From the NCBI GenBank assembly GCA_963733375.1, contig CAVTDB010000026.1, positions 384,001 through 448,000 of the forward strand: DNA of 64,000 nucleotides, written 5' to 3'. Of the stretch, positions 27,003 through 37,201 are shown one piece after another (position 1 is the stretch's first letter; the number at the start of each line of letters is the position of its first letter). Under the pieces are notes generated by a model. It did no database searches and was not told the origin of the DNA. It worked only from the letters and a program-made list of their open reading frames with translations. Source of the stretch: Nitrospirota bacterium. Its GTDB lineage: Bacteria; Nitrospirota; JACRHJ01. The translations under genes were made by a program, and so were the position numbers.

Positions 27003-28261
27003 GGATTGTTTCAACAGGCCATCCTTTCAGGATAAGTCCCGAAAAGGCAGTGTTCTTTCCCTTGCTTATCAAGGCTTCCGGCCGGACCGTCTTCTCCAGT
27101 CTCCGGGTCTATCAGGACTATATCCGCAATCGACCCGGGCGACAGAGACGGCAGGGCCAGGCCCAGCGCGCGGGCCGGGTTTATGGTGAGCTTCTTAAGC
27201 AGTTCAACCATCGGGATCAGACCGGAATTCGCAAGGGCCATCGAAAGGGGCAGGGCAGTTTCCAGCCCTGAAATCCCGAAAGGGGCAAGGTCGAACTCCA
27301 CGTCCTTCTCGGATGCCGCGTGCGGCGCGTGGTCTGTCGCTATGACGTCTATCGTGCCGTCTGAAAGTCCCGCTATTATCGCCTTCCTGTCCGTCTCCGT
27401 ACGAAGGGGGGGGTTAACCTTGAGGTAGGTATTATATGACATAACTCCTTCATCGGTCAAGGTAAAATAGTGCGGACAGGTTTCGGCGGTGACATTAATG
27501 CCGTCCGCCTTCGCCCGGCGTATCAGCTCAACCGAACCGGCCGTCGAAACATGCGCTATATGGACTCGTCCGCCCGTCAATTTTGCCAGGGAAATGTCTC
27601 TGGCGACCATTACTTCCTCTGCCGCGGCCGGTATCCCCCGCAGGCCCAGACGGGTGGAAACCGCGCCTTCGTTCATCACGCCTCCGGCTGATAGAGCCGG
27701 GTCTTCGCAGTGCGATATTATCGTCCTGCCGAAGGTTTTTGCATATTCCAGCGCATGCCTCATCATCTCCGCATTGGCCACAGGCTTTCCGTCGTCGGAG
27801 AAGCCCACGCAGCCGGCCTCGGCCATCTCCCCCATCTCGGCAAGCTCCAGGCCCATTGAGCCCTTGGTTATCGCCCCGATTGGCAATACCTTGCAAAACC
27901 CTGCCGCCCTAGCCTGCGCCATTATAAATTCAGTGACGGAGCGGCTGTCGTTTACGGGGTTGGTATTCGGCATGCAGCAGATGGTGGTAAACCCGCCCGC
28001 CGCGGCGGCGCGGGTCCCGGAGGCAATATCCTCCTTGTACTCGAACCCCGGCTCCCGGAGATGGCAGTGCATGTCAATCAGCCCCGGCGCGACTATCTTG
28101 CCGGTTGCGTCTATAACTTCCGCGCCGTTTAGTCTGTCATTTGATTTTTTGGCGTTTTTCGGCGGCGGGACTATTTTATCGCCTTCGATATAAATATCGA
28201 GTATGCCGTCTACCCCGTTCGCCGGGTCGATCACCCTGCCGCCCTTGATTATCAATGTCAT
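26971..28261 (-). CDS. pyrC: Dihydroorotase (frameshift near 27095)
   Basis: [36 protein letters not shown]; SKGKNT in the alternate frame. Confidence 0.95.
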
Positions 28262-29187
28262 AGCGATCCCCTCCCCTCTGTCAGGAGGTATATTACGGCC
28301 ATCCTTACGGCTACTCCGTTCGTTACCTGGTCCAGGATAACTGAATATGGCCCGTCCGCCACCTCCGGCGATATCTCCACCCCCCGGTTTATAGGTCCGG
28401 GGTGCATTATCAAAACCCCCTTCGACGCCAACCCGACACGCTCCTGGTTCAGACCGAAAAAGCGGGAATACTCCCTGACGCCGGGGAAAAGCCCCCGCTC
28501 CTGCCGTTCCATCTGTATCCGGAGCATCATCACGGCGTCCGCGCCGTCAAGAGCGTCTTCCGGCCTGAAATAAACCTTCGCGCCCATTTTCCCGATTTCC
28601 GCCGGCATCAGCGTTGCCGGGCCGCATACGCGGACTTCCGCGCCCATTTTGTTAAGGCATAATATATTCGAGCGGGCGACCCTGCTGTGAGCGATGTCGC
28701 CGATTATAGCGATTTTAAGCCCTTCCACTTTTCCCAGCCGCTCTTTTATGGTGAAGAGGTCGAGAAGCGCCTGGGTGGGGTGCTCGTGAAAGCCGTCGCC
28801 CGCGTTTATGACCGAGCTTTTAAGGGCCTTGGCGAGTATCTCCGGCGCGCCGGACATCGAATGCCGGACTATTATAACGTCCGAGTTCATCGCCTCGATA
28901 TTTCGCGCGGTGTCGAGTAATGTCTCGCCCTTCACGACGCTGCTGGTGGAAGAGGATATGTTTATGATGTCCGCCGAGAGCCTTTTAGCCGCCAGCTCGA
29001 ACGAAGTCCGCGTCCTTGTGGAGGGCTCGAAGAAAAGGTTTACAATAGTCCTGCCGCGAAGGGCCGGGACCTTTTTAATATCCCTGGTGGAGACCTCCTT
29101 GAAAGACTCCGCCGTGGAGATAATCTCCTCTATCTCCTCCCTTTCCAGGTAATCGATCCCAAGCAGGTCTTTGCTTTTCAGGGCCAT
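28258..29187 (-). CDS. pyrB: Aspartate carbamoyltransferase catalytic subunit
   Basis: [25 protein letters not shown]. Confidence 0.97.
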   Translation of the reverse strand: MALKSKDLLGIDYLEREEIEEIISTAESFKEVSTRDIKKVPALRGRTIVNLFFEPSTRTRTSFELAAKRLSADIINISSSTSSVVKGETLLDTARNIEAMNSDVIIVRHSMSGAPEILAKALKSSVINAGDGFHEHPTQALLDLFTIKERLGKVEGLKIAIIGDIAHSRVARSNILCLNKMGAEVRVCGPATLMPAEIGKMGAKVYFRPEDALDGADAVMMLRIQMERQERGLFPGVREYSRFFGLNQERVGLASKGVLIMHPGPINRGVEISPEVADGPYSVILDQVTNGVAVRMAVIYLLTEGRGSL

Positions 29188-29192
29188 CGCCT

Positions 29193-29739
29193 TTAAGCCT
29201 CCGCCTTTTCCATTATCAGGACCTCGTCCTTCCCGCCCTCCTCGACAAGCTTCACCTTCACGGCCTCCTTCAGGGAGGTAGGCACGTTCTTGCCGACGTA
29301 ATCGGCGGTTATCGGCAGGTCCTTATGTCCCCGGTCCAGAAGCACCGCAAGCTGGATCTGCCTCGGCCGTCCAAAGTCCATGAGCGAATCCAGGGCCGCC
29401 CTGATGGTCCTGCCCGTGAACAGCACGTCGTCCACCAGCACTATTGTCTTGTCCGTCACGGAAAAAGGTATCTCCGTTTTCCCCATCGGGTTTTTTCTCT
29501 TCCGGGAAGATATGTCGTCTCTGTACATGGTAATGTCCAGAGCGCCCATCGGCACGTCCACGTTCTCGATTTTTTTAATATTTTCCGAAAGCCTCCGCGC
29601 CAGGTGTACCCCGCCGGTCCGTATCCCCACGATGGCAAGGCCGATCTGTCCCGTGGTTACGCTCCAGGATTTCATGGGCAATGCGGACCAGTGCCCGGTC
29701 GATCGCCTCCTTGTCCATTACTTTCGCTTTTATTTTCAA
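29193..29739 (-). CDS. pyrR: Bifunctional pyr operon attenuation regulator / UPRTase (frameshift near 29650)
   Basis: [34 protein letters not shown]. Confidence 0.95.
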
Positions 29740-29763
29740 TGAGTTTTACCTCTGGATGAAGGC

Positions 29764-29873
29764 AAAAAAAAAGCCTCCTCTAAAATTTCCGAGGATGCCC
29801 TGTATGTTTGAGCCGCAACTTGTCCTTATACACTCCCGCCCCCTTCTTAGCCTCGCCGGGCTACGTTAAAAGG
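29764..29873 (-). promoter_or_regulatory. PyrR-binding attenuator leader with intrinsic terminator
   Basis: Minus strand CCTTTTAACGTAGCCCGGCGAGGCTAAGAAGGG (29841-29873) resembles the PyrR binding loop CUUUAA..ARUCCNGNGAGGYU; downstream imperfect hairpin GCATCCTC/GAGGAGGC followed by a run of T. Confidence 0.85.
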
Positions 29874-29882
29874 TCGAGCGTG

Positions 29883-29912
29883 AGATTAACTCATCCCTGT
29901 GCCGGATGTCAA
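29883..29912 (-). promoter_or_regulatory. Sigma70-type promoter of the pyr run
   Basis: TTGACA-18 nt-TAATCT just upstream of the PyrR leader. Confidence 0.6.
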
Positions 29913-29918
29913 GGCAAA

Positions 29919-30284
29919 TCATTTCCCTTTTTTACGGTTAGATGCGTCGATGGAAAACGGGAACTCCCTCTTTATCCCGTAGCCGTAATCGACCTCTTCA
30001 GCCCAGGAGAGCTTTATCTCGACGCTTCCGTCGTCCTTGCGGATAAGCTGGATATCGTCGCTCGTTATCGGGAGCCCCAAATCATTTATCTTGTTCATCA
30101 GGTCCCCGATGATCATATCGTCATCGTTTATGCTGGAGAGGTGAATCTGCTGGGCGACTTCGTCGTCCAAGGCATAATAATGCATGTAAGGCGGGATTGT
30201 CTTTACAAGGACATAAGCCGCCAGAATCCCGACGAGAATATAAAGTAATATCGCGGCCTTGCCGCCGCCACGGTTATCCATCAT
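29919..30284 (-). CDS. DUF4845-like membrane-anchored protein
   Basis: NRGG plus TM helix, PPY...Y; usual position after lepB. Confidence 0.7.
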   Translation of the reverse strand: MMDNRGGGKAAILLYILVGILAAYVLVKTIPPYMHYYALDDEVAQQIHLSSINDDDMIIGDLMNKINDLGLPITSDDIQLIRKDDGSVEIKLSWAEEVDYGYGIKREFPFSIDASNRKKGK

Positions 30285-30900
30285 CTACTTCACGATGTGT
30301 CCTATCCTGTCCCAGCGGATCGAGCTGCCATCCCCGTCCCAGGACCAGTAGAGTATCATTGCCTTGCCTATTATCTTGCTCTCGTCCACAAATCCCCAGA
30401 ACCTGCTGTCGTGGCTCCTGTCGCGGTTGTCGCCCATCATGAAATATTTGCGGGGCGGCACAAAAATCGGCCCGAAGTTATCCTTCGGCCCCATACTCTT
30501 CGGCAGGATCTGGTCATCGCGATATACGGTGTAAGGCTCCGGTATGGGCTTGCCGTTGATATATACCTTCTTGGCGATCTATCTGCACCACGTCGCCCGG
30601 GGTGCCGATTACCCTTTTTATGAAATCCTTCGACTCGTCCTCCGGATATTTAAAGACGATTATATCTCCCCTCTTCGGGTCACGGATAGGCAGAAGTATT
30701 ATGTTCGTGAAAGGGATGTGCGTCCCGTAAAGGAACTTGTTTACGAGCAGGTGGTCTCCCACCAGCAGGGTGTCTTTCATCGATCCGGAGGGTATCTTGA
30801 ATGCCTGCACGACGAAAGTCCTTATGAAAAGCGCGAGGATTGCCGCTACTACTATGGCCTCGGCATACTCGCGGAATACCGACTTATTTTTAGCCGCCAA
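30285..30900 (-). CDS. lepB: Signal peptidase I (frameshifted near 30510-30580)
   Basis: IPSGSM, FIKRVIG.PGD, MGDNRD.S.DSRFWG. Confidence 0.95.
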
Positions 30901-32725
30901 TTGAAACCTCCGGTTTTATTTTAGAATAATTCTTTACTTTCAGCACCGCCAGGAATGCCTCCTGCGGCACTTCCACGGACCCAAGCTGCTTCATCTTCTT
31001 CTTGCCTTCTTTCTGCTTCTCTAACAGCTTTCTCTTCCTGGTGATGTCGCCGCCGTAGCACTTCGCGATTACGTCTTTCCTAAGCGGGCGGACGGTCTCC
31101 CTGGCGATTACCTTGGCCCCGATCGCCGCCTGTATCGCCACCTCGAACATCTGCCGCGGTATCAACTCTTTTAGCTTGACGGCTAACTCACGGCCTCTGA
31201 ATTCCGCCTTGTCGCGGTGCGTTATCAAAGAGAGGGCGTCAACGCCTTCGCCGTTCAGCAGTATATCCAGTTTAACCAGGTTGGATACCCTGTACCCTAT
31301 GAAGTCATAATCCAGCGAGGCGTAGCCCCGGCTGACGGACTTCAGTTTGTCGTAGAAGTCGAGCACTATTTCGTTCAAGGGAAGCTCGTAAGTAATCATA
31401 GAGCGGTCGCGGTCTAAATAGTTCAGGTCTTTCTGGATCCCCCGCCTCTCCTGGCACAGCGAAAGAATGGAGCCGATGTATTCGTTAGGCACCATTATGG
31501 TAGCCAGTATAAAAGGCTCCTCCATCTTCTCTATCTTCTGCAGGTCCGGGAGCTTCGACGGGTTATCCACCATGACCACTTCCCCGCCCGTTTTGGTAAT
31601 CCGATAGACGACGGTGGGGGCGGTGGAGAGAAGCGAAAGCCCGAACTCGCGCTCCAGGCGCTCCTGGATTATCTCCATGTGCAAAAGCCCCAGGAAGCCG
31701 CAGCGGAAGCCGAACCCGAGCGCAAGCGAGGTCTCCGGTTCGTATGAGAAGGACGAGTCGTTCAGCCGGAGCTTCTCCAGCGCGTCCCGGAGGTCTTCAT
31801 ATTGCTGGGTATCCGTCGGATAAAGCCCGCAGAATACCATGGCCTTCACTTCCCGGTAGCCCGGTAAAGGCTCCGCCGCCGGCCTCTCCACTTCAGTAAT
31901 GGTATCTCCGATTTTAGAGTCCTGAACCCTCTTTATCCCGGCGATGATATATCCCACGTCGCCCGCGGTCAATTGCTCCGTCTTTATGAGCTTGGGCGTG
32001 GAATATCCGACCTCCATCACCTCGAATGTTATATTATTCGAGAAGAGCTTGATCTTCAACCCTTTATAGACCCGGCCATCAACCACCCGGACCAGCACCA
32101 CCACGCCCTGATAGGTATCGAACCAGGAGTCGAATATCAGCGCCTTGAGCGGCGCGTCAGCGTCGCCCTCCGGCGGGCTTATCGTATTCACTACCGCTTC
32201 GAGCGTCTCCCGTATCCCGATCCCTTCCTTGGCGCTAACGGGGATTGCCTGGGACGCGTCCAGCCCTATCACCTCTTCTATCTCGTTCCGGACCCTCTCG
32301 ACATCGGCGCTCGGCAGGTCTATTTTGTTTATTACGGGGATTATTTCGAGGTCGTTATCAATCGCCAGATAGGCGTTTGCAAGCGTCTGCGCCTCCACGC
32401 CCTGGGAGGCGTCCACAACGAGCAGCACGCCTTCACACGCGGCGAGGCTCCTGGAGACTTCGTAGGTAAAATCGACGTGTCCGGGCGTATCGATTAAGTT
32501 CAGGACATAGCTCCGTCCATCCGCCGCAACGAAATTTATCCTGACGGCGTGGGATTTTATGGTTATCCCGCGCTCACGCTCAAGCGGCATGTCGTCCAGG
32601 ACCTGGTCCGACATCTCCCGGGCGCTAAGCGCTCCGGTCAACTCGAGTATCCTGTCCGCCAGCGTGGACTTGCCGTGGTCTATGTGAGCTATTATGCTGA
32701 AATTTCTTATGTTTTTGATTTGCAT
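30890..32725 (-). CDS. lepA: Elongation factor 4
   Basis: [32 protein letters not shown]. Confidence 0.98.
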   Translation of the reverse strand: MQIKNIRNFSIIAHIDHGKSTLADRILELTGALSAREMSDQVLDDMPLERERGITIKSHAVRINFVAADGRSYVLNLIDTPGHVDFTYEVSRSLAACEGVLLVVDASQGVEAQTLANAYLAIDNDLEIIPVINKIDLPSADVERVRNEIEEVIGLDASQAIPVSAKEGIGIRETLEAVVNTISPPEGDADAPLKALIFDSWFDTYQGVVVLVRVVDGRVYKGLKIKLFSNNITFEVMEVGYSTPKLIKTEQLTAGDVGYIIAGIKRVQDSKIGDTITEVERPAAEPLPGYREVKAMVFCGLYPTDTQQYEDLRDALEKLRLNDSSFSYEPETSLALGFGFRCGFLGLLHMEIIQERLEREFGLSLLSTAPTVVYRITKTGGEVVMVDNPSKLPDLQKIEKMEEPFILATIMVPNEYIGSILSLCQERRGIQKDLNYLDRDRSMITYELPLNEIVLDFYDKLKSVSRGYASLDYDFIGYRVSNLVKLDILLNGEGVDALSLITHRDKAEFRGRELAVKLKELIPRQMFEVAIQAAIGAKVIARETVRPLRKDVIAKCYGGDITRKRKLLEKQKEGKKKMKQLGSVEVPQEAFLAVLKVKNYSKIKPEVSIGG

Positions 32726-32737
32726 TGCGAACTAATG

Positions 32738-32766
32738 ATTTTATATTGAATTTATTTGAAAGTCAA
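32738..32766 (-). promoter_or_regulatory. Sigma70-type promoter of lepA
   Basis: TTGACT-17-TAAAAT, 12 nt before the ATG. Confidence 0.7.
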
Positions 32767-33174
32767 AGGGTTTTAGGGGATATGTCAAATAGGGCAGCTG
32801 AATATTTGTCGATATACCATCTCCATTCATTCTTAATAACCTCTCTCGACTTGCGCGCCAACACATCGCCGCGTAATGCTTAATCATATATAAATGGGTT
32901 TATTGACGGATTTTAGCGGGTACGAATCTGGCGTCATTTCACCCCATTCGGGGCCACTTTTGGGGGTAAAAAAGCGGGTTTCGGAAGGCATCTTTTTAAA
33001 AGGGCAAATGGACCCGTTTTCTGTTATTTTGTATGGAGTTATGCCGCAGAAATTTGCAGATTGCCGACGGAGGAAAACCCGGTTTTCGTCTCACTCAACC
33101 AATTGAAAAATAAAGGTTCTCTCACACTGATTTTTGCGGATTTCTATATACCGCCAGCATTAATAAGCAGCTAT

Positions 33175-34143
33175 TTATTTGACCCGTATTATTTTCAGCG
33201 CCAGCCCCGCCGCGCCAAGGATTCCGGCGTCGTCTTTCAATTTGCCCCGGACTATCCTGCACCTCTCGGCGGGTATTTTGAACGCCCTTGCCCTGACTTC
33301 CTCTTTTAACGGACCGATGAAGAGGTCCCATGCCCCGGCCATGCCGCCCCCGATGACTATGCACTCTATATTGAGCAAATTAATCAAATCGGCAATGGCA
33401 ATGCCTAGGTATTTCCCCACATCGAAATATATCCCGCCTGCAACTCTGTCCCCTTTTTTTGCCGCATCCGCCACCGCTTCCGCCGTTATCGGAAGTCCAG
33501 CTTTTTTCAGGTCTTTTAAAGTTGTGTTGACCCCCCTTGCTACCGCCGCGCCAGCCATCTCGATGACCGCGGTGGCGGAAGAGTACCTCTCCAGGCACCC
33601 GCGGTTCCCGCAAGGGCAGAGCGGCCCGTCAGGGTTAACCGTGATATGCCCGACTTCCCCCGCCATGCCGTCCGCGCCGCGCCAGATATTACCTCCCAGT
33701 ATTATACCGCCGCCCACCCCCGTGCCGAGCGTAATGCAGACCATGCTGGAGGTCCCTTTTCCGGCGCCGAACCAGTATTCACCCAGGGCATAAGCGTTGG
33801 CATCGTTTTCCACATGGACCGGATAGGAGAAACTCTCCTCAAGCCTTGCGCGGAGCGGGATATCCTTCCAGCCCGGCAGGTTCGGAGACAACCGCACGAT
33901 GCCCTCCTTCGCCGAAATTATCCCGGGGACGCCGATGCCTATACCGGCTATTTTCATCCCGGCGGCCTGGGCTTTTCTTGCGAGAGTCTGTATCCCGCCC
34001 GTCAGCCGCTCCAGGACTGTTTCCGCCCCTTCTGCCGCCATAGTCCCGGTGCGCCGGCGGGAGATAATTTTTTCGTCCTCTCGCACCAGCCCGAACCGCA
34101 GGTTAGTCCCGCCGAGGTCAACTCCTATAGCGGTTTTTTGCAA
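33175..34143 (-). CDS. glk: ROK family glucokinase
   Basis: GVDLGGT, ENDAN, GTGVGGG, GEVGH, CPCGNRGCLE; TTG start after GGAGG. Confidence 0.88.
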   Translation of the reverse strand: MQKTAIGVDLGGTNLRFGLVREDEKIISRRRTGTMAAEGAETVLERLTGGIQTLARKAQAAGMKIAGIGIGVPGIISAKEGIVRLSPNLPGWKDIPLRARLEESFSYPVHVENDANAYALGEYWFGAGKGTSSMVCITLGTGVGGGIILGGNIWRGADGMAGEVGHITVNPDGPLCPCGNRGCLERYSSATAVIEMAGAAVARGVNTTLKDLKKAGLPITAEAVADAAKKGDRVAGGIYFDVGKYLGIAIADLINLLNIECIVIGGGMAGAWDLFIGPLKEEVRARAFKIPAERCRIVRGKLKDDAGILGAAGLALKIIRVK

Positions 34144-34238
34144 CTGAGCGCCCTCCTGTAGTAATAATAGATAAAATAATAGTTCCCCCTGGCCCTTTTG
34201 TCCATAATAAAACTTTAGGGTTACTATTGGCGTCATAA

Positions 34239-34267
34239 ATGATAGGATTTCGCAACCTCCGGCGCAA
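34239..34267 (-). promoter_or_regulatory. Sigma70-type promoter of glk
   Basis: TTGCGC-17-TATCAT. Confidence 0.55.
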
Positions 34268-34304
34268 GACTCGAAATTATTAAAGAAAAACTAGTTTATT
34301 ATTC

Positions 34305-34333
34305 TTGAATTTTTTTAAAATCCGTGTTAATAT
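34305..34333 (+). promoter_or_regulatory. Sigma70-type promoter of the perR/fur-hfq-like genes
   Basis: TTGAAT-17-TAATAT with TG extended -10. Confidence 0.6.
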
Positions 34334-34379
34334 TTGCCCCGTATGCAATTATCTAATAATAATAAATGGGATGCCTGCC

Positions 34380-34781
34380 ATGAAAAACGAAAACGGAATT
34401 AAGTACAGGATGACGAAACAGAAGAGAGTTATCCTCGAAGTCCTTAAGAATACGAAATCTCATCCCACCGCGGATTGGGTTTACGACAAGGTCAAGAAAA
34501 AGATTCCGAACATCAGCCTCGGCACGGTATACAGAAATCTTAACATATTGAAAAACCAGGGCGAGATACTCGAACTGTCCTACGGCAAAGGCTTCAGCCG
34601 CTTCGACGGCAACTCTTCAAAGCATTATCATTTCACCTGCGAGCACTGCGGCAGGATATTAGACGTCGAAACACCGGAATTTCCCGAAATCGAGCAGGAA
34701 GTTACCAGGCACATGGGCGTCAAGGTGGCGCGGCACCGTCTTGAATTCTACGGTTCCTGCCCGGACTGCATTACCGACTGA
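34380..34781 (+). CDS. Fur-family transcriptional regulator, PerR-like
   Basis: RMTKQKR, HPTADWVY, SLGTVYRNL, RFD, HYHFTCEHCG, CPDC. Confidence 0.92.
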   Translation: MKNENGIKYRMTKQKRVILEVLKNTKSHPTADWVYDKVKKKIPNISLGTVYRNLNILKNQGEILELSYGKGFSRFDGNSSKHYHFTCEHCGRILDVETPEFPEIEQEVTRHMGVKVARHRLEFYGSCPDCITD

Positions 34782-34801
34782 CCCCAACCTTACGGCACCG
34801 A

Positions 34802-35290
34802 ATGACCCAGGCACTGAAGCTCGAAGAATCTTTTTTTAAAATAGCTGTCGAAGAGGCTGTCGCCCTGAGGCTTACTCTCGCGAACCGCGAAAGGCTGACA
34901 GGCATAGTAAAAGCGGCGGGGAAATACGATTTAAACATCGAATCGGAAGGGCGCATCATTGCGCTCATGAAAAAAGAAGTTTTTCAGGTCCTCCCCTCCA
35001 GAAACCTCATCGATGAATCTTTTTTCCAGCCTCAAGCAGAGGAAGAGCAGCTCCCCCATAAATCACGGGTGCAGGACGAATTCCTGGGCCGTTACGTAAA
35101 GGAGCGGACGCTCGCGCTTTTGCGTCTCGTCAACGGCGAGGAGATACGGGGCGTCATCGAAGGGTACGACGGCTTCACGATATCCATAAGAACGGGCAGG
35201 GGCCAGACCCTGATATACAAGCACGGGCTCTGCAACATCAGTCCCGGTTACAGACGTCGCCAGAGGGAAAATGAACACCAGCCCATTTGA
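34802..35290 (+). CDS. Tandem two-domain Hfq/Sm-like protein
   Basis: C-terminal half VQDEFL...LVNG..I.G.I.GYDGF...IYKHG aligns to Hfq; N-terminal half is a degenerate copy with the same spacing. Confidence 0.8.
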   Translation: MTQALKLEESFFKIAVEEAVALRLTLANRERLTGIVKAAGKYDLNIESEGRIIALMKKEVFQVLPSRNLIDESFFQPQAEEEQLPHKSRVQDEFLGRYVKERTLALLRLVNGEEIRGVIEGYDGFTISIRTGRGQTLIYKHGLCNISPGYRRRQRENEHQPI

Positions 35291-35680
35291 TGAAGCGTTG
35301 GAAGGGTTTTATTCCAAGGGTGCGGAAGCCGCTATTACCTTAAAAGACGGCTCCGAGCTTAAGGGCAAGGTAAAGAAATACGACGGCTATGTCATATTCC
35401 TGGACAACGGGGCCGAAATGATGGTCTATCGCCATTCGATCCTGAAGCTCTCCGAAGCGGCGCGGCCGGCGCAACGGGCGGAGAAGGCCCAGGCGCGCCC
35501 CAGGCCAGCACCCCGGACGGCTCCTGCGCGAATGCCCCAGAAGTACGCGCCCAAAAGAAAAGGCCGCCCAGGAAAGAGCCCTTTCAGGCCATTCCCCAGA
35601 AGGAACAGGAGCCAGGTGGTATATCCCGGATGGGAGAAGAACTGCTGAAGTGGCTGAAGAACCAAAAGGGCAATGAGTAA
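35271..35680 (+). CDS. Divergent Hfq/Sm-like protein with long tail (probable frameshift near 35555)
   Basis: ITLKDGSELKGKVKKYDGYVIFL...MVYRHSI aligns ungapped to Hfq Sm1/Sm2; alternate frame ends at TAA 35680 overlapping the lnt ATG. Confidence 0.78.
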
Positions 35681-37197
35681 CATCTCTTTGTTTTTCCTCC
35701 CCCTGCTCTCAGGAATACTCCTCGCGCTCTCTTTCCCAAAGGCGGACATATCCGTCCTTGCCTGGGTCGCGCTGATACCGCTTCTTTATTCCATCAGGGA
35801 CAAGTCGCCCAGACAATCTTTTAAAGAGGGTTTCATTGCCGGGATAGCCTTTTACGCGCTCTCCCTGAGATGGGTTTTAATCGTCATGCGGGATTATGGC
35901 GGCATAGGCTCCCTTCCGAGCTTTTTCCTGCTGCTCGCGCTCTCGGCGTACCTCGCCCTGTACATCGGCACGTTCGCCTGGCTTTATGTCAAGGCGCGGG
36001 AACATGCCGGGCCAGCCTCGGTACTGCTGGCCCCTGCATTCTGGGTGGCTCTGGAACTGCTCCGGAATTACCTTCTCTCCGGCTTTCCCTGGAACCTGCT
36101 GGGATATTCGCAGCACCAGAACCTGCCCCTGATACAAATTGCCGATATTACCGGAGTTTACGGCGTCTCCGCTTTAATCGTTATGACAAACGCGGCGATT
36201 ACCGAATTTATTGCGGTGATGTCTTACAGGGAATATGCGGACCGGAAGATAATCTGGCCTGTCACGGCCGTGGCGGTAATGGCCGCTCTCCGCCGTCTAC
36301 GGACATTACCGTCTGACGGACCTCCCGCGCCCGTATGGTTCCATGACAGTAACCGTCGTGCAGGGGGATATAGAGCAGTTCCATAAATGGGACCCGGCGT
36401 TCCAGATGCAGGTATTCGATGTTTATAAAAAATTAACAGCCGATGCCGTGGCACAGAAAAAGCCGGACCTCGTAATCTGGCCGGAGACCGCGACCCCTTT
36501 TTATTTTCAGGACAGGGTTCTGGTCGGGGAGCTTTCCGACTCGGTTAAAAAGACAAATACCTGGCTTCTGACCGGTAGCCCTTCCATCGAGGAGCGCGGC
36601 AGCGATTACGTCGAGTACAACAGTGCATATCTCATTAATCCCTCTGGAATACCGGCGGACCGCTACGACAAGATGCACCTGGTGCCGTTCGGGGAATACG
36701 TGCCGCTTAAGACCCTCCTGCCGTTTGTAAGCAAGATGGTCCACGGCATCGGCGATTTCGGCGCGGGCCGCGACTATACCGTCATGCGGATGAGCAAGGG
36801 CTCTTTCGGGACCGCGATATGTTTCGAGGTTATATTCCCGGAACTCGTGCGGCATTTCGTGTTGGGGGGCGCGAATTTCCTGACCAGCATAACCAACGAT
36901 GCATGGTTCGGAAATTCCGGAGCTCCGTATCAGCATTTCGATATGTCGGTGTTCCGGGCGGTGGAGAACCGGAGGTCTATGGTGCGCGCGGCCAATACGG
37001 GCATATCGGGTGTAATACTTCCGTCGGGCGAAGTGATTGCGAGGACGAGTCTTTTCAAGCGGGTACGCGATTACGGCGGAGGTGCCTTTGATGAAAGAAA
37101 AAACCTTCTACACCCTGTACGGGGACATATTCGCGTACTTATGTTCTGGAATTACGGCATGCTTTATTGCTATAATTTTATACAGGAGGTCCTTTAA
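35673..37197 (+). CDS. lnt: Apolipoprotein N-acyltransferase (frameshifts near 36290 and 37065)
   Basis: GFPWNLLGYSQ, WPET, YDK.HLVPFGEY, ICFE, TNDAWFG, RAVENRR, RAANTG. Confidence 0.95.
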
Positions 37198-37201
37198 AAA
37201 G

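Noticed and set aside
32894-33309. Short ORFs in the lepA-glk gap
   Set aside because: No SD or recognisable domain; one overlaps glk antisense.
34355-34366. (AAN)4 Hfq distal-face site in the perR leader
   Set aside because: Low complexity, and none of the four Hfq domains keeps Y25, so it cannot be supported.
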